Shown here in pieces: positions 15,948-24,472 of a stretch of 38,817 bases of DNA. The stretch is from Methanomicrobiales archaeon (lineage in GTDB: Archaea; Halobacteriota; Methanomicrobia; Methanomicrobiales; Methanospirillaceae). The notes beneath the pieces were generated by a model. It was not told where the DNA came from and did no database searches. It saw only the letters and a program-made list of their open reading frames with translations. The stretch lies in contig JBAXMF010000001.1 in the NCBI GenBank assembly GCA_037134435.1, forward strand, positions 1-38,817. Reading direction: 5' to 3'. The stretch's first letter is position 1. Each line of letters starts with the position of its first letter. The position numbers and the translations under genes were made by a program.

Positions 15948-18368
15948 ATGCCTGAAATTCACCTAAAAGTGGATAGTGCCTACCCTGGTGACCAGGGGGG
16001 CGGAAAGGCCCGGCTTGACCCGGAGACGATGTTGTTTCTAAAAATCTCTCCCGGCGACCTTGTGGCCATCGAGGGAAAGCGAAGGACCGTGGTGAAGGTA
16101 TGGCGTGCACTGCTCGAAGACTGGAACCAGCACAAAGTCCGGATCGATAATTTTTCGAGGACAAATGCCGGGGTCAGTCTTGGGGACACGATAAAGATCT
16201 CAAGTTTAAAAGAAGAGATCGAGGCGAAAAGGGTCTTACTTGCCCCCCCTGAAGACCTGCCGAAGAATATCCAGGTCTCGAATAACCCCCACGTGATCAA
16301 CAGCCTGATCGATTTCCCGGTTGTAAAGAACGACCAAATCCCGATCATGGTGGGACTGCCCTTTATCCAGCCACAGATTGTTGCGTATAAAGTGGTCGAT
16401 ATTGAGCCGGAACAAGCTGTGATTATCACAAAAAACACGATTATCGAGTTCTCTGAAAAGCCGGCTGCAGGGTTCGAGGGGCTGAAAAGGATCTCCTACG
16501 AGGATATCGGGGGCCTCAAGGACGAACTCCAGCGCCTGCGGGAGACCATTGAGCTGCCGATGCGCCACCCCGAACTATTTCAGAAACTCGGGATAGAACC
16601 CCCGAAAGGGGTATTGTTATACGGGCCACCCGGGACGGGTAAGACGCTGATCGCGAAGGCCGTTGCGAGTGAGAGCGGGGCCCATTTCATCTCAATCGCC
16701 GGGCCGGAAGTGATCTCCAAGTATTACGGGGAGAGCGAACAGCGGCTCCGGGAGGTATTCGAAGAGGCCCGGGAAAATGCCCCCTCGATTATCTTTATCG
16801 ACGAACTTGATTCGATTACCCCTAGAAGGGAAGAAGTGACCGGAGAGGTGGAACGGAGGGTTGTCGCACAGCTGTTAACGATGATGGACGGCCTCGAGGA
16901 GCGGGGCCAGGTGGTTGTCATCGGTGCGACGAACCGGATCGACGCGGTTGACCCTGCGTTAAGAAGGCCCGGGCGGTTTGACCGGGAGATCGAAATTGGT
17001 GTCCCAAGCGAGCTCGACCGTATAGAAATTATGAAGATCCATACCCGTGGTATGCCACTTGCTGAGGACGTGAAGCTCGAGGACCTGTCCCAGCAGACCC
17101 ACGGGTTTGTGGGCGCTGACCTTGCTGCACTAGCCCGGGAGGCAGCTATCCGGGCGCTCCGCCGGTACCTGCCGACGATCGATCTGGACGAAAAAGAGAT
17201 CTCGTCTGAGATCCTTGATACGCTCCAGGTGAAGGCAACAGATTTCAGGGGTGCACTTCGTGACGTGAGCCCGAGTGCGATGCGTGAGGTCATCATCGAG
17301 GTGACCCATATCAGGTGGCAGGATGTCGGAGGTCTGGAATCCGCAAAAGAGGAAGTCCGGGAGACCGTGGAATACCCCCTCACCGACCGGCAGCGGTTTG
17401 ATGACCTCGGGATCCAGCCTCCAAAAGGTGTCCTGCTCTACGGGCCGCCCGGCACGGGAAAGACCCTTATTGCCAAGGCAGTTGCCAACGAGAGCGGCGC
17501 GAATTTCATTGCAATCCGGGGGCCGCAACTGCTCTCAAAATACTGGGGGGAGAGCGAACGGGCGGTACGTGAGATCTTCAAGAAGGCACGGCAGGTCGCA
17601 CCGGCCATCATATTTTTCGATGAGATGGATGCCATTGTCCCGCACCGCGGGGGTAACCAGAACTCCCATCTCCTGGACAGTGTCCTGAACCAGATCCTCA
17701 CGGAAATCGACGGGCTGCAGGAATTAAAAGATGTCATTATCATGGGAGCGACCAACCGCCCGGACATGATAGACCCTGCACTGCTCAGGGCCGGACGGTT
17801 TGACCGCCTGGTATATATTGGTGAGCCCGGCCTTGAAGACCGGCAGAAAATTGTTACAATATACCTCCTGCAGATGCCGATAGAAGGGTCTGCTCTCTAC
17901 GAAGTGATTAATCTCACCGATGGCCTTGATGAACCCGCCCTGGAATTCCTGATTGAAAACATGGGCACCAATAAGGCGGTCACCCTTGATGAAGTACGAG
18001 CAATTATTGCCACCATTGAAGAAAAAGAGCGTGCTTCACTTGACCGGGGGGCCAGAAGAAAAGTCATGTGGGAAATGATGAAGCAGAACGGTCTCTCCTT
18101 TGAAGACCCAAAATTGCAGGAATTTATCCGGCAACTGGCAAGAATGACGGAAGGCTATGTGGGGTCCGACCTCGAACTGTTATGTCGTGAAGCAGGGATG
18201 CTTGCTCTCCGGGAGAGGGGCAGCGTCGTCACCCTGAAACACTTTGAATCAGCCAAGCAGAAGATTCACCCGACGATGAACCAGAATATCAGGGAATGGT
18301 ATAAAAAGATCCAGGATTCCTTTAAGGGTGGCCTGCCAAAGGAAGTGCAGCCACCGGAATACCAGTAA
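15948..18368 (+). CDS. cdc48: CDC48/VCP-type AAA+ ATPase (two AAA domains)
   Basis: 806 aa from the ATG at 15948 (MPEIHLKVDSAYPGDQGGGKARLD...). There are two Walker A motifs GPPGTGKTLIAKAVA and two DE Walker B motifs. The C-terminus is ...PPEYQ. The ORF-track N-terminal extension is antisense to larC. Confidence 0.95.
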   Translation: MPEIHLKVDSAYPGDQGGGKARLDPETMLFLKISPGDLVAIEGKRRTVVKVWRALLEDWNQHKVRIDNFSRTNAGVSLGDTIKISSLKEEIEAKRVLLAPPEDLPKNIQVSNNPHVINSLIDFPVVKNDQIPIMVGLPFIQPQIVAYKVVDIEPEQAVIITKNTIIEFSEKPAAGFEGLKRISYEDIGGLKDELQRLRETIELPMRHPELFQKLGIEPPKGVLLYGPPGTGKTLIAKAVASESGAHFISIAGPEVISKYYGESEQRLREVFEEARENAPSIIFIDELDSITPRREEVTGEVERRVVAQLLTMMDGLEERGQVVVIGATNRIDAVDPALRRPGRFDREIEIGVPSELDRIEIMKIHTRGMPLAEDVKLEDLSQQTHGFVGADLAALAREAAIRALRRYLPTIDLDEKEISSEILDTLQVKATDFRGALRDVSPSAMREVIIEVTHIRWQDVGGLESAKEEVRETVEYPLTDRQRFDDLGIQPPKGVLLYGPPGTGKTLIAKAVANESGANFIAIRGPQLLSKYWGESERAVREIFKKARQVAPAIIFFDEMDAIVPHRGGNQNSHLLDSVLNQILTEIDGLQELKDVIIMGATNRPDMIDPALLRAGRFDRLVYIGEPGLEDRQKIVTIYLLQMPIEGSALYEVINLTDGLDEPALEFLIENMGTNKAVTLDEVRAIIATIEEKERASLDRGARRKVMWEMMKQNGLSFEDPKLQEFIRQLARMTEGYVGSDLELLCREAGMLALRERGSVVTLKHFESAKQKIHPTMNQNIREWYKKIQDSFKGGLPKEVQPPEYQ

Positions 18369-18376
18369 TTTGTCCC

Positions 18377-18405
18377 TTTTTTGTTCATCCTTTGCTATAT
18401 TTTTT
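18377..18405 (+). terminator. Two oligo-T tracts after cdc48
   Basis: T6 runs at 18377-18382 and 18400-18405 lie within 40 nt of the stop codon. Confidence 0.35.
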
Positions 18406-18785
18406 GGATGTGGTAATTATTTCCATCGCAGGAGCGGGGCCGGAACTAAAAATAATTGACATACAGAGTGGCCGATATTCATCATTTTCGGCATTGCCGG
18501 CACCGACTGGTGGGTGCTGTCCAAAATGGGTATATGCCGGCGGCAGTGGTGATTACCCGGCCCGGGGCCGCTGTTACCCTTTGAAGACCCTAACGAATTC
18601 AGCTGTATATACCCCACCGGGATAAAATCCAAACAAAATTCATCATAACCAATAACATTTTCCGGGTGAACGGATGGAAACGGCTCCGGCGTGTTCTCCG
18701 GGAGATGTAAGGATAATCGCCCGGGATTCGGAAAAGGCTTATAATCCTATATAAACCAATAATCCATACGGGGTAATTCCTTCTT

Positions 18786-19370
18786 TTGTCCAGGGAAAAT
18801 AAAAGAACTACGGGAATTAATGGTCTGGACCAGGCACTGGAAGGCGGATTTCCCACCGGGACAACGGTCCTTGCAATGGGATCAGCTGTGTCCGGGACTG
18901 ACCTCCTTGCCCGGCAGTTCTGGCAGTCTGAAGGTGAAGATGGCACTTACATCATGTTAGACGCAGAGGTGCAACCCGGGATGATCGACGGCAGGGGTTT
19001 AAGCGCCGATGAATTCATTACAAATCTGAACGGGCAGAAACTTGTAATCGATTCTCTCTCCTTGTTCACCCTTAAATTTGGTATTGATGCCTCTGTAAAA
19101 CTTATTCTCTCCCTCCGGGATATTGCGGTAACCCGGAAGGCGAATGTGCTTTTCACCTTCTATCCGGAGCTCCATCCCCGGGTTGAAGAGATCCTTGTCA
19201 TGAGGGCCGTGGATATTATTCTCGAATTAAAAGAGGTAATCTTTATGAACGAGATAGAACGCCAGCTCGCCGTGCATAAAATTACCGGTATGGCAGTCCC
19301 GAGGCGGCTGATACCATTTCTCATCACTGAAAAAGGGATTGAGCTCTCGACAACTTCGAGAGTCGTGTGA
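18786..19370 (+). CDS. KaiC/RadA-like RecA-superfamily protein with degenerate Walker A
   Basis: 194 aa. The N-terminus TTGINGLDQALEGGFPTGTTVLAMGSAVSGTDLL follows the KaiC-like pattern, but the P-loop reads GSAVSGTD with no Lys-Thr/Ser. Walker B-like KLVIDSL is retained. TTG is the only possible start, since an in-frame TAA lies 9 nt upstream. TATATAAA is at 18748-18755. Confidence 0.7.
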   Translation: MSRENKRTTGINGLDQALEGGFPTGTTVLAMGSAVSGTDLLARQFWQSEGEDGTYIMLDAEVQPGMIDGRGLSADEFITNLNGQKLVIDSLSLFTLKFGIDASVKLILSLRDIAVTRKANVLFTFYPELHPRVEEILVMRAVDIILELKEVIFMNEIERQLAVHKITGMAVPRRLIPFLITEKGIELSTTSRVV

Positions 19371-19913
19371 CGCTGTTAAAAATGAGGGGGTCGTATTCAA
19401 AAGGTATCATGCGGCTATTTTGTGGAAACTTCATTCCGGGCAATTGTTGTTGCAGTGGTCATGTCCGCTCATTTTGCGGAAGGCCACATCCCTGGTCTGC
19501 ATACATGAGTCCACTGCCAGGGTCAGTTCAGCACCTGTTCCGGCAGACTGCCCGTTGATGGGTGGAGCACATGGGCCGGGCGAGGTCGGGCCTGGGGTGA
19601 TACCCTCAACCAATGTCTCCCTGCCAGAGCAAACTTCGTACCGCCCGAGGGTGTTGGTCGTTTCTGCCGGGAGCACGGGACTCAAAAATTTCCTGTTCCC
19701 CCTTGATTCCCCGCGAGGCGGTCCATGAACAGGCGGATCCCTTTCTCCCTTTTACCTCGCCGTCAGAGAATCCCCTGATCCCAGGCCTGGCCCTTTCCTT
19801 CCTCAACGACCGTGTTAATGGCATGGGACCGGGGGTCAATGTACGCCCGTTTTTCCTCTTGACCGCTGACTCCCCGGGTAACTGTTCACCACGGTCATGG
19901 GGTGCAGTATACC

Positions 19914-19919
19914 AAAAAA
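19914..19919 (-). terminator. Oligo-T tract after aspS
   Basis: A6 on the plus strand gives T6 on the minus strand, 13-18 nt after the aspS stop. Confidence 0.3.
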
Positions 19920-19931
19920 TAATTACCTATC

Positions 19932-21224
19932 TCATGGTACCAGCCGGTGACGGTCCCTTGGGAATAACACGGCCTCGCGGATATTGGAAAGACCGAGCAT
20001 CGTCATCACAAGCCGCTCTGCACCAAGCCCCCACCCTGCATGGGGTGGCATCCCGTACCTGAACGGATTTAAGTAAAACTCGAAACTTTCAGATGACAAC
20101 CCCTTGGCGCGTATCTGGTGGACGAGCTGGTCGTGCTGGTGGACACGCTCTGCGCCGCTCGAGAGTTCCATCCGCGGGTGCATAAGGTCGAAGGCCTTGC
20201 AGACCGACGGTTCTTCTTCGTACGGCATGGCATAATAGGGTTTTATAGCTGTCGGCCAGTCTGTGATGAAATAATGCACACCCATCTTCTCCCCGATTGC
20301 CTTCTCGGAGACGGTCCCGATGTCATCACCATACTTGATGTCCTCCCCGGTAGCCTTCTTTGCGATCTCAATCGCTTCGGAGTACGGGAGTCTTGGGAAC
20401 CCCGGTTCCGGGATTGCGAAGTCACGTATTTCTAGGGCTGATAACTGGTCACCACATTGGTCGGCTACCGTCCTGTAGGTTGAGATGACCAGGTCTTCGA
20501 GGACCTTCATTACCTCGATGTGGTCAGTAAACGACATCTCCATGTCAATGGAGGTCGCCTCGTTGAGGTGCTTTGTCGTGTTATGCTCTTCAGCACGGAA
20601 TATCGGGCCGATCTCGAATACCTTCTCAAATCCTGCGGCCATCATCATCTGCTTATAGAGCTGCGGGCTCTGGTTGAGGAAAGCCTCACGCTCGAAATAG
20701 GCAATCGGGAATAGTTCCGTCCCGCCTTCTGTTGCGGCGGCGACTATTTTCGGTGTCGTGATGTTTATAAACCCACGTGAGAAGAAGAACTCGTAGACCG
20801 CCCGGGTAACGGTGCTCCTGATTTGGAATACCGCGCTGACACGCGGCCGGCGTGCATCGAGGAACCTCGCATCAAGCCTGGTGTCAAGTTCTGCGGGAAC
20901 CTTTTCGACAACATCGAGCGGCATCGGGCTCGCGCTCAGGCTGATGATCTCGAATAATTCCGGTACGAGTTCCCTGCCCCCGGGTGCCTTGTCGATCGGT
21001 TTCACCGGCCCTGATACCCGGACGACGGATTCGCGGGATACCGCTTTTACCGCAGCAAGAACCGTATCCGTCGCTTTCTTTTTTGGTATTGTGACCTGGA
21101 TGATGCCGGTCCTGTCCCGGATAAGTAAAAATGTGAGGCCGCCAAGGTCACGAACTTCATGGACCCAGCCGATAATCTCTGCCTCACCGATATCCGGATG
21201 TACGGCCTGTATTGGTATACGCAT
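19932..21224 (-). CDS. aspS: Aspartyl-tRNA synthetase, archaeal type
   Basis: 430 aa from the ATG at 21224 ([40 protein letters not shown]...). Class II motifs FRAEEHNT and GLGAERLV are present. The GTG-initiated extension to 21278 has no counterpart in AspRS N-termini. Confidence 0.95.
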   Translation of the reverse strand: MRIPIQAVHPDIGEAEIIGWVHEVRDLGGLTFLLIRDRTGIIQVTIPKKKATDTVLAAVKAVSRESVVRVSGPVKPIDKAPGGRELVPELFEIISLSASPMPLDVVEKVPAELDTRLDARFLDARRPRVSAVFQIRSTVTRAVYEFFFSRGFINITTPKIVAAATEGGTELFPIAYFEREAFLNQSPQLYKQMMMAAGFEKVFEIGPIFRAEEHNTTKHLNEATSIDMEMSFTDHIEVMKVLEDLVISTYRTVADQCGDQLSALEIRDFAIPEPGFPRLPYSEAIEIAKKATGEDIKYGDDIGTVSEKAIGEKMGVHYFITDWPTAIKPYYAMPYEEEPSVCKAFDLMHPRMELSSGAERVHQHDQLVHQIRAKGLSSESFEFYLNPFRYGMPPHAGWGLGAERLVMTMLGLSNIREAVLFPRDRHRLVP

Positions 21225-21361
21225 ATCAAATCCTATACAAATAGAACGTGAAAGGTAATTGTTTTTGCGGGGTGACACCAGACAGGGTAAGAGTAGGGGG
21301 GACTTTTTATTATTATTTTTCCTGCCTCATGGCGGAACCCTCTCGGGAGAGATCCCCCAAA

Positions 21362-22339
21362 TTACATGTTAAAAATTCTCTCCAGGACTGACTCCTCGAT
21401 CGATGCCTGTTTTTCAATTGCAGATCTCCAATGATCAGGCTTTTCCCAGTGGTACCAGTCCTGCATTGCCATCATGACCAGCCACCGGTTGGTCACATCG
21501 AGACCACACTGGTAGAGATCGTAATACAAGCCGGGTCCTGGATTTTTGTTGAAATCTGAGTTGAGGCTGAGTTTGAGGATATTTGACATCGCATCGCCAA
21601 CGACTTTCGTGTGGTACCAGTGAGAACGGCTCCAGCGGTTGTCCATCATCTCTTTCATATCGAGCGCCCGGAACTGCTGGAGTTCAGGGATATTGATCAT
21701 GGGATTCAGGCGGTATTCAGACATGATATAGGCAAGGAGCATGTCCCGGGCATAATAAATCGCGTTATGCATCACGTAATACCGTTGGGGCAGGTTCTGG
21801 TTTGCCTTTTCGAGGGCATGCATCTCGTACATGCTCTCCCTCATAAGGAGGTACACCTGTGAATTCCTCATGACCGGAAACTTATTCGAGATGTAGATAT
21901 TCGATAGAATCGACCAGGGTACCTCGGAAAGCGTGTTACGGAAGAGTAAAAAGAGGTGGAACAGCAGTTTTTTCCGTTGCGCGATCTCAAGGTCCCTCGT
22001 ATTTTCGTCCTTTAATACATCAAAATAGACCTGTTTCATCCCTTCGCCGGCAGATACTTCATCAAATGACAGTACATGGAGCTCACCTTTCCCCGCGGCA
22101 ATACCCTTGAATAATAACTCGATGCAGTTTTTTGTAATGACAAAATCTTTCAGCATACCGAGTTCGCTGCTCGAGAAGAGGATCAGGTTTTTCCCAGTCC
22201 CATAGGTGTAATCATCAATCAGGATACCCTGGTCCGGGATGTCGTCCTGGCGCCGCAATGTGATCCCGATCCCGAGCACCTCTTCGACATGAGCGATCAA
22301 CTCAGTCAGTTCATCTGAGAGATTGTAGGGACTGCTCAT
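21362..22339 (-). CDS. Hypothetical protein, no recognisable domain
   Basis: 325-aa ORF with an ATG start. It is rich in Trp, Tyr and Met in the C-terminal half (WSRSHWYH, MQDWYHWEKPDHW). By eye it is more A/T-rich than its neighbours. No motif I can assign. Confidence 0.7.
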   Translation of the reverse strand: MSSPYNLSDELTELIAHVEEVLGIGITLRRQDDIPDQGILIDDYTYGTGKNLILFSSSELGMLKDFVITKNCIELLFKGIAAGKGELHVLSFDEVSAGEGMKQVYFDVLKDENTRDLEIAQRKKLLFHLFLLFRNTLSEVPWSILSNIYISNKFPVMRNSQVYLLMRESMYEMHALEKANQNLPQRYYVMHNAIYYARDMLLAYIMSEYRLNPMINIPELQQFRALDMKEMMDNRWSRSHWYHTKVVGDAMSNILKLSLNSDFNKNPGPGLYYDLYQCGLDVTNRWLVMMAMQDWYHWEKPDHWRSAIEKQASIEESVLERIFNM

Positions 22340-22541
22340 GGAGAATCACGCCCGGAGCCAGGGGACATCGGGGCCCTTGATCCATACCGCTGTATGGCGG
22401 GCACACGGGGAAAATTTACAACCTGGCTTCGTTATCTTTTCTATATCTTTTTAGCACAGAATAAATCTTCCATTCGGCACGGAAGATTTTTCGGTTATTT
22501 TTAGGCCATGAAAAAGCTTAGTAGCCGTTGAAACGTAAACA

Positions 22542-22659
22542 GGGCCCCCGTATTTTAGGAACCCAACCGGACATCGCAAGGTTGTGGTGTTGAAAGGGCC
22601 TGTTCCTGGGGCCCCACGTAGTGGGTGGGACCGCTATACGCTGAAAAGCGGTGGTACGT
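22542..22659. ncRNA. Candidate structured RNA element (strand unassigned)
   Basis: Hand-folded nested helices in domain 1: 22542-48/22608-14 (7 bp), 22557-62/22602-07 (6 bp) and 22564-68/22580-84 (5 bp). Domain 2: 22616-20/22655-59 (5 bp) and 22630-35/22647-52 (6 bp). It starts 2 nt beyond the MNT-HEPN stop codon. No known RNA family is recognised. Confidence 0.25.
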
Positions 22660-22661
22660 AC

Positions 22662-23375
22662 CTATTTTTCAGGACTGTTTGTACCGGGTGGTGTCACTCC
22701 CTCATCATGGTAATGCCGCCGTGCACCCGCCTGGATGGCTGACCGGATGACCTGGATGAAACCCGGGACTTCCGTCACGATAAAATGCCAGAGCAGGAAC
22801 GGGTCGGCGCCGAAACGTGCCTCAGCAATACTCTGGCTGATTCCTTCCACCTCTTTCCATGGTGCGCTGGGGAACATCTCTTTTTGAGGTCCGGTTATCC
22901 TCCGGACTGCGAGGCTCATGATCTGCAGGCTTCTCTCACAAGCACGGCGCAGTAGTGTCTCCCTTGCAAACGGCTCATACGCCATCCCTTTACACCGTGC
23001 CTGGAGAAAATCAAGTTCAGCAAGGACCTGAACCAGCGCCTCCTGGTCCACTTCCCCCATTTCCGGGTCGAACGATGCTCCCGCGGGAGATTCCGCAAGC
23101 ACCCGTGTTGTGATGAGGTTAATCCTCGTTGAAAAATATTCCTCCAGGTGCCATTTAAGGCCGAGGTAATGCCGGTATGTCTCAAATCCGGGAGAAAACT
23201 CTACCACCAGCTCAACCGCATCAACAGGAATTGCATCTCTCCGTGCGAATGCACCAAACATCCCTATTTTTTTAACCCCGTACATACCTTTGATTATTGG
23301 AAAAATCGTGTTAAGTCCGATAAGGACTTCTTCCGCCATTGAAACATCCGGCACCCGCATTTCGTGTGTGGCCAT
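22662..23375 (-). CDS. Fused minimal nucleotidyltransferase (MNT) + HEPN/DUF86 protein, both catalytic motifs degenerate
   Basis: 237 aa from the ATG at 23375, preceded by GGAGAGAGGT. The track's TTG start at 23405 is less likely. The N-terminal half, YGVKKIGMFGAFARRDAIPVDAVELVVEF...INLIT, follows the MNT pattern. The C-terminal half, ACERSLQIMSLAVRRI...PWKEVEGISQSIAEARFGADPFLLWHFIV, follows the DUF86 pattern. Confidence 0.7.
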   Translation of the reverse strand: MATHEMRVPDVSMAEEVLIGLNTIFPIIKGMYGVKKIGMFGAFARRDAIPVDAVELVVEFSPGFETYRHYLGLKWHLEEYFSTRINLITTRVLAESPAGASFDPEMGEVDQEALVQVLAELDFLQARCKGMAYEPFARETLLRRACERSLQIMSLAVRRITGPQKEMFPSAPWKEVEGISQSIAEARFGADPFLLWHFIVTEVPGFIQVIRSAIQAGARRHYHDEGVTPPGTNSPEK

Positions 23376-23512
23376 ACCTCTCTCCGTATCAGAACCACCT
23401 TTCAATTAAAACAACTTAAACCCTCTATTGGTGTCAGGCAGATCAGCCCGGGACTACTGGTAGAAATAGGACCGCTGCTTCCTGACGCGCCCTCGTCGGG
23501 AGGATCCTCGAT

Positions 23513-24421
23513 TTATCCATTGTGTGTCTTTATCAGCCCGAATATCTCTTCAGCGAGATCCCTGCTCTTTTCTTCGCTCGTCATCATGGTATCAAGGCGA
23601 GCCGCACCCGGGACTGCGACGGTGTCCCGTTCGTCCTGCACGAACAGGTCGAGGAAGTCCCGGTACAATTCCCATGTGCCCAGCGAGGACGGGGGGAATC
23701 CCTTCGCTTTCATGAGTTCCCCGGCAGGACCACTGAAGGGGGCCTGTCCAATGAACGGGCTTACCGCGACGACGTACTGTTCGTGCAATGCCTCCCGAAC
23801 ACCCTTGCATTCAAGGATTGGAAGGATACTGGTCACCGGGTTACTCGGCCCGATTATCACGGCATCTGCCTCGGAAATTGCCCTGATCACGTCTTCGGTT
23901 GCGGAAGGTGGTGATTCCGGGACCCGTTTCACCGCGTCGATCGGGATGGAACCCCTGCACCGCACCCAGTACTCCTGGAAATGGATATATTCCCCCGATG
24001 ACCTGACCATGGTGGCAACCGGCGAATCGGTCATCGGGAGTACCCCTGCCTTAATACCCATGTTCCTGCATAGGATGGTGGTCGCCTCGGTAAGGGATTT
24101 ACCTTTGATGAGAAGATCCCCGCGTGCAATCTGGACTGCACGGTCACGGTCGCCGATCGCGATATACTCGTCGGTCCCAAGGTCGAGGAGGGCCTTGTGG
24201 GTGAGGAAGGTGTCACCGGCAATCCCCCACCAGGTTTCCGTATTGAGGGTTCCGGCAAAGAGGTACATCACCGTATCAATATCCGGTGACAGGTGTCCTC
24301 CCGATATCCAGACATCTTCTGCGGTGTTTACCACGACATTGATCTGCTGGTCACTGGTATGACACCGGACACCACGGAGGAGTTTTGGTGTGCCCGTCCC
24401 GCCGGAAAGTAAGGTAATCAT
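23513..24421 (-). CDS. cofD: 2-phospho-L-lactate transferase (F420 biosynthesis)
   Basis: 302 aa. The N-terminus [18 protein letters not shown] and the overall CofD pattern are present, with an ATG start. Confidence 0.93.
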   Translation of the reverse strand: MITLLSGGTGTPKLLRGVRCHTSDQQINVVVNTAEDVWISGGHLSPDIDTVMYLFAGTLNTETWWGIAGDTFLTHKALLDLGTDEYIAIGDRDRAVQIARGDLLIKGKSLTEATTILCRNMGIKAGVLPMTDSPVATMVRSSGEYIHFQEYWVRCRGSIPIDAVKRVPESPPSATEDVIRAISEADAVIIGPSNPVTSILPILECKGVREALHEQYVVAVSPFIGQAPFSGPAGELMKAKGFPPSSLGTWELYRDFLDLFVQDERDTVAVPGAARLDTMMTSEEKSRDLAEEIFGLIKTHNG

Positions 24422-24472
24422 TACTCAATAGGTTTATCTTCTCTATATCAAGATTCCTTAGTGATTACGCGG

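Noticed and set aside
18595-18650. C/D-box sRNA candidate on minus strand (ATGATGA at 18646-18640, CTGA at 18602-18599, 37 nt apart)
   Set aside because: There are no recognisable internal D'/C' boxes and no terminal complementary stem. The box spacing could arise by chance in about 5 kb of spacer. A second AATGATGA (18485-18477) has no D box at all.
21225-21278. GTG-initiated 18-codon extension of aspS
   Set aside because: The extension (MSPRKNNYLSRSICIGFD) has no counterpart in AspRS. The ATG at 21224 gives the standard anticodon-binding-domain start.
23364-24362. 332-aa plus-strand ORF
   Set aside because: It is antisense to cofD, has a Ser/Pro/Arg-rich composition and carries no motifs.
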